The position numbers and the translations under genes were made by a program. This document shows positions 51,581 through 64,000 of a DNA stretch of 64,000 nt, piece by piece; the stretch's first letter is position 1, and each line of letters starts with the position of its first letter. The stretch comes from Tubiluchus corallicola (Eukaryota; Animalia; Priapulida), in the NCBI GenBank assembly GCA_030141605.1, contig JAQGDQ010000086.1:119418-183417 (forward strand). Reading direction: 5' to 3'. A model generated the notes under the pieces. It did not search any database. It was not told where the DNA came from and was given only the letters and a program-made list of their open reading frames with translations.

Positions 51581-53003
51581 CTGAAATAAATGCAGAAACA
51601 ATAAAAAACCAATTATGACAAAAATCACTAACAAAATGCAAAACAGCAAAGAAAAAAAGTGACTTATTATTCAAGTGCCACGTTTGAACCGAAAAGATTT
51701 CAGATTTCCAGATTTCAAAAGATAGTACTTTCCAAACTGACCTTTAGCAGTAAAGTTACAAGATACATTAATTAACTAGACATATTGCAAGTCTATAGCT
51801 ATATACATGTATTTAAAATGAAAAAAACGACACTGGAGCTGTGACTGTCCTAATTTTCTGAACAGCAGACCAATAAACACTGTTTGCGAAAAGTCTCGGT
51901 TTTACTTAGTCTGAGTTTCATTTACCCTGTTCACAGCTGCAAACAGAGAATGAAATGGCCATTATTACAGATTAATCCACAGAATTCGATGTCAGACTCT
52001 CAAATCAATAGAAAAAACACTCATCATCTACACTTCAGTCAGCCAGTGCTGCTTTTTCTGCAAACCAAATCGATCAAAATGCGAGCTTGGAGAGAAAACA
52101 AAGGCGGAAGATAAAACCATTACACAGCTAAAAAGTGTAATTTAATGGACTGGCTTCTCTTGTATGCACAAAAGTGTGCAAAGATGTTGGAGATGTTTGT
52201 GTGCTGCTTTTCACATAAACACAATGACTCAACGTCAGCTATGTTTGCTGAAAATTTAACAAAACCAGTAAATGTCAGACTCAGATAACCATTAGTAAAA
52301 TTGTTACAAAAACTCTCCCTCATCTAAGGATAGTTGAAGCAGATGGCTATAAGTACATTTTGAGACACTTACAGACAAAACAACCCATTATTCGTTTTAC
52401 TAACAACCTGTTGTTTTTGCAATCTGTATATTTTTATGTGAAATAAACTCATAATAATAAATAAAAATGTTTTTTACCCGAGGTTTTGTACTCACAGTTT
52501 AACCTAAAACTTGTAATTTACCTACAGCAATTGAACTACAACAAACTTCTTATTTATGTGAACCAAATGATTTCGGTGGAGTGAGGAAGGATATTGACGA
52601 GACAGAAGGTAACAGAAACAAACCAGGTATAAAGAGAATGTGGTACAGATACTAGAAATTGGCAAAAGTTTTCAACAGTAGGTCTGGCTTCAAATCCTTT
52701 ATGGTAACTTATTGAGACAGATCTAAATCATTCAAAAACACAACGCAATGACTTGTAAATAAAACTTAATCATCAGTTCACATCAATCTAAATCCAAGCA
52801 CATAAAAGGCTTAAAAATACTGAAGTGAAAAAACTAGCGGATCAAAAGATGTAGATGAACAAAACAAAGAAACAACAATTTTTGACCCACGAATTAATGA
52901 CAAGAAATTTGAACAAAATCATTAATTAAACAACACATACTACGTGCGGCTAGTATAAAGTATTTCGGACCTCATCAGAACTTCCGGTTCCACCTTTACC
53001 TAC

Positions 53004-53088
53004 CGGGCTCATAGTCAATCGACTGCTCTCTGTCTTCTGAATGCCTGCGACAACGTTTCCAAAACTGCAACACCCAACTTCCAAACAT
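53004..53088 (-). CDS. PHACTR: Candidate alternative first coding exon of PHACTR (MFGSWVLQFWKRCRRHSEDREQSIDYEP)
   Basis: ATG plus phase-1 donor gtaggt compatible with the exon at 51580; CRE/E-box cluster about 300 bp upstream. Confidence 0.55.
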
Positions 53089-53374
53089 TGATGACCAAAC
53101 AATAATTGTAGCACTCAACAGTTCGCTTTCGCTTGACTCATACAGCAGCAACCGATAATCAAAGCCAGTGACAGTGACAATACAGAACAAACTGAGCGAA
53201 GACTTTGACTAGAAAACTTTTGACCACAACAGTAATCAAGCATATATTAATTACACATGGTACAATTTTTATTACAGAAGAATTCCTCAGCTCCGCCAGA
53301 CACATAAGTTCCTCCCAAAACGTCTTTCTCAGAGTTCCCTGACTCCCTTGATTCAGACTCTCAGTTGATCCACA

Positions 53375-53396
53375 TTACGTCATCGGGTCACGTGAC
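53375..53396. promoter_or_regulatory. CRE/ATF-like site (TTACGTCA) next to palindromic GTCACGTGAC (USF/TFEB CLEAR-type E-box)
   Basis: Motifs read directly, upstream of the candidate PHACTR first exon. Confidence 0.5.
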
Positions 53397-55372
53397 ATCA
53401 CACACAGCGGCGAAGCTGCAGCAAGTGTTCTATGAAGCTTATGGCACTAGCATGAGTGGCTTCCCCATATGCTGCGGCTCGCATCCATGACTTGTCAAGG
53501 CTGCTTTATTATAAAACCCACAAAGGCAGGATAGAATTGCGTGTCTGTAAAGCTTCCTCAGTTAGATTATAAAACGCGGGGTATATGCGTTTCTTGTAAA
53601 AAGCGTTCGAGTTTATTTACAGGCTCAATGACTCAAGACAAACTGAACGTTCTTTTCATTATTTTGATCAACCAAAGTGAAATATTTTCAATTTGAATTC
53701 GTGAATTCATGGTTTTAAACTCCATAAAACTGCATATTTCCGCAAAAAAAACGAAGCCAAGGTGTCAACCTAAATGAAGATCAGTGCCGCAGAACTGCCA
53801 ATTTCAAATTTTTCTTGTAAACAACCAAAAAAGTTAAATTAACTTCAGTATCGTTAATTCTGCCATTTTAAACAAAATTCAGCATGGATATGCATTCTGT
53901 TAAAAAACATAGTTTTTCAAGGTAGTGGGGTTTCATGAGAGCACAGGTGGAATGTTTTTTTTTAAATAAAGGGTGGTTTATTTACCAAATTTTTCATATT
54001 AAGCAGTTGAAGTGAAATGTAAATTTAACAAAAAACCTCTGACACTAAGTTTAACCACAAGAAAACACAATATTGTGGTTACTGATTATACTATCAAACA
54101 TGCACATCACTTTTAGGAAAAAATAAGACAGCACAGTGTAGCAGCGGGATATTACACGCATTTTATTCGCTACTTAAATAAAAATTCTCGGAACAAAGAC
54201 TCAAAAAAGTAACTTGAATTAGCACTTCTACAACCTACCTTACTGAGTTACTAATACTAATCAAGCTGAAAATAGTACCAAGTTTGGTAAAATATGGAAA
54301 TGTACAACGTTGGATAGTGGCGCCATCTGTAGACAAAATTTATGAGAATTCAGGCGACACAGCTAAGTTTGTCGTATACAGAGTTACGCGAGTTGTATGC
54401 ATATTATTCAGTTTTAGTATTGAGAAATGGCTTGGAAGTTATAGAGTGCTTTTTTGTTTCGTGTGCCTAGGTTCGATTTTCACATTCACTGAGCTTTGCA
54501 CAAAATTGCCTACGAATCATTAGCTAGGCATTGATCACAAATTGCATTTGGAGCATAGGTGTTTTCGTGCATGGAAATGACTAGTGGTCTGGCTTACAAA
54601 TTAATGCCATATCCACGGCAATAAATATAATATGTGACACGTTTGCTCAGAGTAATGAAAAAAATTCTTATGCAAATATTTACTGCAGATACAAAATGCC
54701 TTAACAACGTGTCCGACAAAGTTACTTACTTTTTCAAAGCTGCAATTTTCAAATTAATAAACAGTAGTGAGAAGATCTAAGGAACAGAAAAGTTTCTTTA
54801 ACATGTATAGCAGGATTTAAGTTTTTATTGCTGATCAAAGCAGTGCAGCAGGAGTGTTTCACAAAACGTCATTGCCTTTGATAGTCATCAAAAGTTTCAG
54901 CAAAGAGAAAGCTCAGTAGTCAAAGTGTACTAGCTACATACATTATACATAGTTAACAAAGTTAACGGGCTCAGTGTGTGTGGTTTTAGTAAATGGATGG
55001 GTGACCACCATGTAGTTCAGTTCTATGTTCATCTGCCAAACTGCCTGTCGCTATTTGATCTATTTCTCTCGTTGATAGGCTGTATAAGTACTTGACAGCA
55101 AACTACGTTCTGGTCTTACCACAAATACCAACAACTTGAATAGACCCTGTTGCTGTATGCTGGATGCTAGTTTACAGAATGTCGGACTGTATACAATATA
55201 TCATCACTGGGCGATTACTGGGAAACAGAGTTTGGCAAACGGTACTGGCTCGGTGGTCTTCAGAGTTACAGAAATGACCGAAAGAACGTTCCTAGTTAAA
55301 AAATCATTTTTGACGTTCCAAAAATAAATAACGCAGCAAGACGCAAGGTTCTGCCCGTATTTATTTGCTTAC

Positions 55373-55556
55373 ACGAAATTGTTTTGCTTGTCTTTGTTTT
55401 GTACTTCAAAGATTTGGAAGACAAAGTTACTAGAGACGGGTTAGCTGGAGTAAGTGCCTTGCAGTGCAGATGGTAATGATTGTGCAGCACGCGCATATAT
55501 TGAAGGCTTTCGGTTACAAGCTTTATAAACACGCATACTGTATTCATTGCTACCAT
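55373..55556 (-). CDS. Second candidate alternative first exon of PHACTR (MVAMNTVC...TSKTIS)
   Basis: ATG with phase-1 gtaagc donor; GA-repeat tract upstream at 55701-55727; no homology support. Confidence 0.3.
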
Positions 55557-58500
55557 TCCTTGAACGTAATGAAAATGGCTTCCGGGGTAAGTAGCGAGAA
55601 GCCAGACAGGGAAGCTGAGGTAGAAGCAAAATATAATGCGTAGATCCGATAAAAAGCAGAACTAAACAATTTCAACTCTTTGAAGTACACTAGTGACCAG
55701 GGAGAGAGAGAGAAAAAGAGAGAGAGAAATTAATTGTACTAATCTAACGATTTTTCACTCATTACAGAGGCCACAGCACCAGAAACCACAATTGTTTGAT
55801 TTGGGTCATCAATACGATTCCCCTCAGAGAAAACTTGCCTTGTCCAAAACAATATTTGCCCATTGAACATCAAAGGGAAAATCGATTTTTAACAGCCATA
55901 TCGTTTTCATTGAACTATAAATTCAAAAGGAGAATTCACAAAGTGCGCTTCAAAAAATAACAAACGCTAACTAACGCTAAGCAACGTTAAAAAAAGTAAT
56001 TGCATAGATGACCTATCTCTGTTAATCTATTTGTTTCTGCATAAAGAAGGTGGCTAACGTTTCTAAAACTAGATCCGAAAAACTTAGGCACCAAAGACGT
56101 CAAAAAACGAAAAACCAAAATTGAAATTATTTACACAAGAAATAACTGAAATGAAAGTATTCACACGGATGACTTGCAGTAACTAGGACAGTTCGCGACA
56201 AAATGGGTCATAAAGGGATTGAGAAACAGTTTTATGAATATTAAGGCTTCAAAAACATTATTTTCTAAAACCCATCATTGTTTTGTTTGCTGTGGTTCAG
56301 TGCTTCGCGATGGGCAGAACCACAGACGAAAGAATGACAGCTTAACTCTGGTAAAAACACGAATGCCAAACAAAAGGCCACGTTTCTTAAAGAAACATAA
56401 GAGTTGAGCCGAGGCAATTCCAGCCAAAGAAACTTCGGTACAACTGATTACTGCTACGTACACTGCTTTTTGCAAAACTTATCGTTATCAATCTTTAACA
56501 CATAACAAAATTAGCTTCGTTGCTTACCGCAAACCATTTCGACCCCTCCCCTCACCTCTGCGTCATGAAGCCAATTTATTGTTCCCAAGCTCTCACTACA
56601 AAGTGAAGGATTGTTAAAGTAAAGGGTATCACATGTACTATAATGCAGCATTTTATCGACGATTTGCGATTGGCTTTGTGTTAATGATAAACTGTGGGAG
56701 ATTAAGCACCGTTATTCATATATGTATAACACATACGAATATAGACGTGACAGAAAGAAGTTTAACTAATGTTTGGCTAGTATATTATTAGTGCAGCTAA
56801 ATACATGTATACTGTTACCATTATCTATAGTGGGCGAAACTATAGATGCAGAAACGATTTACACGCGATTAACTATGAGGAATAAGTATGCACACATTAG
56901 CCGGCTTCGGCAACTACTGTCCCGAATCCAGTAATTTCACTGGATTGATTTATCTAGTGCGCCCCACTAGAGATCGCTTATAAGTCAGTTTGTATCGATT
57001 GTAAGTGGATCACGCGCTAGCCGAGGTAACACAAGACTTGGCATTAAAAGCAATGGAGGATGACCTAATTTTAGAAAAGTGCTTGAATGTGCAGCTAAGT
57101 GGGTATTCTAACAATATGTAAGATTGGGCGAATAGTGCAAAGCGAGCACTATATGAATAACGCTCAATATGATAAAGTTGGGGGCGATGAGGTTGCTGGT
57201 GCTGAAGTCGAGAGAACACTGAGTTCAGGGGAACAAAGAAACGTCTAAGATGAGCGTTTGTACGAAGTAGTGCTTCAATATTGTGTAACCAAAGCACACA
57301 CTCTTTTGCGATACGTCCAAATCTGTTGTCGATTTTGTTTGTGAAGTCATTTATAAGTGGGCAAAAGAAATGAAGTAATTGTGACAGCACTGACGTAAGA
57401 TATCCGAGTGGCCCTTACAGAATAGCCTTCCCGAATCACAATGGATGCCCCTGCTATTTTTTAAAAGGAACGGTCAAGCCTGGCAAGCTAGGCTTATTTC
57501 AATGTTCGCGAAGATGTTAGATTTTAGCAATAAGAATGAGAAAAGCTGCTCGCATAAATAGGCATAATTGATAAATTCATTTTAAAATTGCGATCATTTC
57601 ACGTTTGGATGCTCCCATTTTGAAAGTCCACCAATGACGTCGTTCAACGGCTGAAGAAAAGCAGAACTGCCAATTTCCAACTAAAGTATAATAAGGTCTT
57701 ACAAAAAATTATGTAGCTAATTTTTTGTGAGTATTAGTTAAGCTGCAAAAGTTTGAATTAGTAATAGGCTTAAAGTCATGCGCTTACAGATAGGCACGAA
57801 GTCCAACAGTTACGTCATAATTTTCAAGTAAATGGCGGCTACAATCACGCCCAAAAATTTCTATACAGCGATAGTAAAAATTAACTCCATGCTTAAGTTT
57901 AAGAGATAACAGTAAAATAAACCCAACCCAACATACTAACTGACTTGTCCTTTCCTTTAGTATCATGGTGATGATGGTGGTGGCCTAGCAATAGTGAGCA
58001 TTGTCATAGTACAATCTATACGCATTAATGGACACTGGTTAAACTACAAATTATTGTAAACACGTGAACACAAAATTAAATACATATTTAAACAGAATGT
58101 ACACACTTTTTAATTAAGTCGTTTTTATTGTGTTGAGGCTTTGATAATAGAACAATAAAGTTCACTCTTTGCAGAATATTACTCTCGTAAAACAAATATT
58201 AAAATTCGCTGGAAAATAACGCGTGAATACTGTTAGCTGTAGACTTTATGTTGAGTGTTTTGTTTGCATTGCTGGATGTTTTTCTTGTTTGCAAGCACGG
58301 TCTTGTTTAGTATTTTTAATTTCCTTGTTCCCACTGATTTCTACATTAATTCAAGTATCATCTCATACTGTGTTTGCTATAATTTTTTTCCAGAAAGTTT
58401 TTTTTTGTTTCAGGAAAGAAAATACTACCGAACGAAGTCAATAAGCATAAGTCTACGTAATTGTTTTGCTGCTACACAGTGTTATTAAAAATAGTTAATG

Positions 58501-59284
58501 AAGTAAATTATTTGATCCATATAGATGTATCCTGTGTACAGCAATTAACGCTTGTTTGCTATCACCCAGGCCAGGTAATACTCAGAGCTGGCTATGCTTA
58601 ACTTAGGCAAACTAATCCACAACCCACAGAGAATCTGTTGAAAGCTGCGAATCTATTTTCAGGAAAACAGAGTTTGATGACGTTGCATTTTTTTTAAAAT
58701 TGTGTTTGTAGCTCCAAATTTCAACTAGTCTGCCGTTGAACCATGTCCTCCCCCCCACATACACACACACATTATACACTATACATATTACGAAATGATA
58801 CATGTAAAAATCTCGTTTCCCGTTACATCCAATGGCAACAATGTCCACGTACTGCACGAGTGACGAATTGCGCGCGTGTTTATGTGTCCACATATTATAC
58901 GCGATGCGTATTATTGCGTGTTGCAGAATAAAACATGAGAAAAGTGTTGATTATGTTGCTGAAACGCGTCATATTAAAGTATTAGTCTACTGAAAGCAAA
59001 GCTAGACCTGCAAGGACGACACGCGAGTCTTTCATTAGAGTACAACGGATAATTTGTAGCTCAAACATTTTAACCTGTAATTTGCCAAGCAGGATACTAT
59101 AAATTGCACTATGGCTTAAATTATAACATAAAGTGAAAGCTTCGTAACGTTGCGGAGGTGCAGCGTAGTTTGAAAGGATGTGCTTAATAAAAAAGTGAAT
59201 TACACGAAAACTGAAGCAGTATCACGTGAAAGTATTGAAATATTGAAACATTTTAGATGAATACCCCATGTGTTACCTTATCTT

Positions 59285-59529
<245 letters not shown>

Positions 59530-62500
59530 TATACGTTTTGAGTTTGCTCAGATGGTACTTCTTCAACATTCGTTTGTTCACTCATTCAATTTCGGATCGG
59601 TATAAACCAAAATAAAAATATTTGTAAAGTGTCCGGAATCTGCTCCCTTTTCACTCATCTAACATTCAGCTTTCTCCAACCCCACTTATCACTTCCTGTT
59701 GGCCCTTCACCTTTCTCATCTTGTTCGTCCTACCCTTCTCCACCCTCTTCTCGTATGATTCTTATTGTCTAAATCTCTTAAAGAATGAAGTAAATGCTGT
59801 AATAATTTTCCATCATCTCAAACAACTTGAAACATCTTCTGAAGTACACCGCAAGTAAAGCGTCCAGTTACCCATGACGACCAGGCGACGCCAGTGGCAT
59901 GAATTGACCCTCTAGTCGGCACGTTCACCTAATACCACTTCATCGCTATTGACAAAGTCATGAATATTAGGGTTGTTAAACATACTACACAATACCATGC
60001 TTAAAGTCGTGGGAACTGATATTATCTATCACAACTTCTTGTTTAGGATTTTATTCGCTCTGACAATGTACATGAATATTTCATTGCTTCTCTTATCACA
60101 CACAAGTACTTACACATACACGACAAACAATGGTAAGTCTTTTACGTCACTGAGTCATTCACAAAATGTAAGGGATTCCGAAAATGAAATAAATCCCAAA
60201 CGGGATTGATAAAATATAAGACTCATGTTGCGTCTTATAGTTAATGATTATTTTCTTGCAATTAATCGCTCAATCGCAGTGACACATTTGGTATTTTTAC
60301 ACAAATGTGTATGACAAACTCTCCGAGAATTATACATAGAAAATTTAATGCTTAGAATGTTATGACAATTTAAGTAAGTGCCCCACGCTTACCGTAATAA
60401 TACCATTCATCTGGCAAGCATTCATGTACGGTAACTACTACGTTCCTTTAAAACTTACCAATGTAGTAAAAATCAACAAAATGCTAGTCCCTCTACTATT
60501 AAACGCCAAGTTACTACAGTTTTGCGTTTTGCCCATTAATAGCACTAAGTTTATTATACTTAATTTATTACACAATCTACAAAATATCAAAATGTCTCCA
60601 GAGACTGCAAGAATCAAGGATTCCAACGAGTTCATTTCGATGGCCATGCGGCACCTCCAGAAAAAGCGAAACAACTTTTCTACATTAGTTACAGTGACCG
60701 GTAAACGCAGTAAGTATTGATTTTACTTTTTTACAAATGAGAACCACTAAACGATTTTTTGCTTCAAGGTTTCCAATAATTATTGTTCTGGAATTACATG
60801 CATTACTAAACACGGTATGCTATGGCTTTGTCGCAATTTTAATTTTCGGTACAGTATACGAATAAGTCTCCAATTTTTTTAAAAATCAAAGACAAATTTT
60901 CATCGCTCGGCTGTACCAAAATACCGACATTCCGTGCACGCATACCATTGATAAAACATCAACACTTCCTCGAGTCAGACACAAACAAAACCGGACAGAC
61001 CAGAATTTTCTAATAATCGGGCAGCAAACAACACGCGGCAGAAAATCAAGGACAGAAATTGAAGAACAACGAAAGACTAAACTGTATTATGATGTTCACT
61101 CACTGACTAGAAGAGTTGGTTCTATATTAAGAGGCTTGATGTGCTCAAAGTGTCCAAATTGCGAAAACTGGACATATTACTCAAAAGCCTGCTTGGGATT
61201 TTAGAAAACGTATATGCTCAATTATAAAATTTTCAGACTTGTCAAAAAACACCACAACATCACTCAACTGCCGCTTTGCTTTTTGAAGTAAATATCACCT
61301 TTTGATGTAAATACAGTTGTAAAATTATTTACGGAGTACAAAATTTGTAATACTTAAACAATAAGATTGTGCAAAACATACACAACGGTTGTTATACAAT
61401 GAGTAGTTTTAACATTCTTATCAATCATTTTTTTAAATACAAGTCGAATTTTTTTCGATACGCTTAATATTCAAAAGATGTTTTCTTGAAACATGTACAA
61501 TTTTCAGTTTTTCCTTTATTAGTCCTTACAAGATTGCTAAACTGTGCATTAGGGCTAATGCACTTCAGAAGCCTGGAGGGAGTGTGTGATTACTGTGTCG
61601 CAAATGAACGCATTCCTCAGTTGTTCTCAAGGTAATTACAAACACAAAAGTTGCAAATGGTCTCTTAATAGACAAGTTAGATTTTGGACGTCAAACCGAC
61701 CATTTACAAGGAAAACACGTTTAGAGTTTTTAGAATTTAATGCAACCTTTTTATTATTTTGCAGTGCTGTTTGTAAGTAACCAAACGGCGGCATTTGCTA
61801 ATGTCAGCATAAAATTCAAAGCGATTAAACGCAATACGTGTAATGGGGTGCTTTATTTAAACACAGGGGAAAACAAAAATGGCCTTTCTTTTTATTGACC
61901 TACAACATGAACGGCTAAAATAAATCGTTAGCCAGTCACACCAACTACAGCCATAAAAATATAAGATCTTTTGTTGACAACAACTTTAGTTATAATGTGT
62001 CAAATGTTAGCAAAATAAACATTTTTTCGTTGTTTTGAATTAGGTTCTACCAACAGTAGAACAAAGCAGAAAGGAGTAACACAAGCATTGAAATTTATTG
62101 ATTACATGAGTCAAGCCTCTCTGGTTATAATTACTGAAATAACAAAAATGATTATTGTGGCATACCATATAGAAAAACCTGTTCTTATTTTATGTAAGTC
62201 TAATCGGCATTATTTCGAAACAAGTTTTAAGAAAATTGCAATCAAGTGATGATAATAGAATCCATGAATGTATCCATGCGTGTGTAAAGTGGTGGTAGCG
62301 ATATGCAAATTTTACTTGCTTATATATTACACGTCATCAAAGTTCACAATAAGAGTAAATATAATTTTGCTAATAATATCGTCTAATTAATTATTTTGCA
62401 ATTCACAACATACAGATTCTGGTCAAAATGACACATGGAAAGGTTAAAAGATACCTTTCTTTGAGTACACAACAGGTTGAAAGGTGAGATAATGTTCAAA

Positions 62501-64000
62501 ATTTGGAAAATTTGCACTTTAGTTGTACGAATTTGTATGTATCAAACGTAGTTTCGTTTAATGGCAGATTTATGTCAGTTTTATTAACGCTAAAGTTGCA
62601 ATTATGAGCAAATTTTAAACTGCTTTGTTTATTTGTAACTTCAAATGTCTTTTTAGTTAATATGTGTTTTGCCAATTATAGATGCTGTGTATTAGGTGGA
62701 AATTTTTATAAATCTTGGGTTAAATTTTGCTTTAATCCAGCTTTCGTTGCAGGTTTATTGAATAAACTAAACTAAAACTTGGCGTGAATTCGCGCACTTA
62801 ATGGTTAAAAATGATTAACCCCTCAAGGCCTTAACCAAACAACATTCCGACGTCGAAAAACGTGAGCAACAAGCCCTTTTTTAATTACTAGGACACGTTT
62901 CGACCCACATACAGACTGATACAGCACAAGACATGAATGTAAAAGGAGTAGAATTTACTGTACATGTTTACAGTTGAACTTTGGCACATGACTGTTGGCG
63001 AATTGATTACATTTAACAAGGACGGCTCAACTTTGCTCAAACGAAGTACTCATAAACCACATAAATACAAATTATAAAATAACAGAACATAAAATCAATT
63101 CGACTAGAGCGCTTTGTTTCTGATATTCTACACAAGGCTTGTACAGCAGTTCTCGATACAAGACGATTAAGATTCGAAAAAATTTTCATTCTAAAAAGAC
63201 GTTTTAGTATAGTTCTCGGTGATCAGCATGCACTTTAAACACAGCAACCTGTTGATTTGGAAACTTGTCGACGGAGCGATGAAAGTTTTTACAAGAAATA
63301 TGTTTAATATAAGAAAAACTATGCTTTCAAGAAACTTCTTATTAAGAAGTATTCAGATCCAAAGTAGAATCAACAATAACTTTTTCAGTTACAAGGTATT
63401 CGTCACATTTTGTGAATTGTGATCATACGAATTAGTGAAGCCTTATAATTACACATTTATGGTATGTAAATGAAATGGGATGATTTTTCGTATCCTATTC
63501 CACTTTGAAGTACGTTATAAAATATATATTTTAACACATACAAAATTGCTAAACACTTTCTTATAATTAAATATTAGTTTAGGAGATTAATTAACAGCAG
63601 GCGAGCACAGTTAGTCGTCACAACTGACATAATTTTGTTAGCGGCACAAACATTCCATGAGTCTATATTGTACTGTGAGCCTGCGTTGTGTTTTTGTACT
63701 TTTTTATGTATGAATAATAATAATAATAATTACACGTGTTTGCAAAACGGAAAATTGAAAATTTGAAATAAAGTGCTACTATTACAGCGCTGACTATTAT
63801 TTATACCAATTCGACAAATTTCAACGTTACCGGAGTACCAACACGCGATTTTGCCACGCCAGAATTGAGAGGTACAGCGCTTGTTTTTTATGCAACGAAA
63901 TATACGCGGTGTCATTCTAACTAATGAATAGTGGTATGCATGTAACAGCGAAGAATTATATAACGGCATTCGTGTCAATAATTCTTCACGTTAGTCATTC

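Noticed and set aside
54315-54332. CTCF-like motif tagtggcgccatctgtag (a similar one at about 34741)
   Set aside because: Short motif that is frequent in repeats; no independent support

Overview
AT-rich, intron-rich animal (invertebrate, probably bilaterian) genomic DNA. It is not prokaryotic, and most short ORFs in the track are spurious. Five genes could be rebuilt by hand from GT-AG boundaries and reading phase. (1) The 3' part of NRBP pseudokinase (+, 8 exons, 1793-7680). (2) RidA/UK114 (+, 4 exons, 10092-12121). (3) An unrecognised minus-strand gene (34298 to 16305) with an MGCASS N-acylation start, two RFX X-box matches, a 4635-nt symmetric repeat-rich exon and an 81-nt exon encoding a PHACTR-type N-terminal RPEL motif. 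(4) An intronless, animal-type GALT (+, 38926-39987). (5) The 3' part of PHACTR (-, 51580 to 41945), with candidate alternative first exons near 53.0 and 55.4 kb. The most unusual signals are the lipid-anchored single-RPEL gene beside PHACTR, two tandem duplications spanning NRBP splice sites, the intronless GALT with a duplicated upstream segment, and several MITE or foldback elements. All coordinates were read by eye and no database searches were run.
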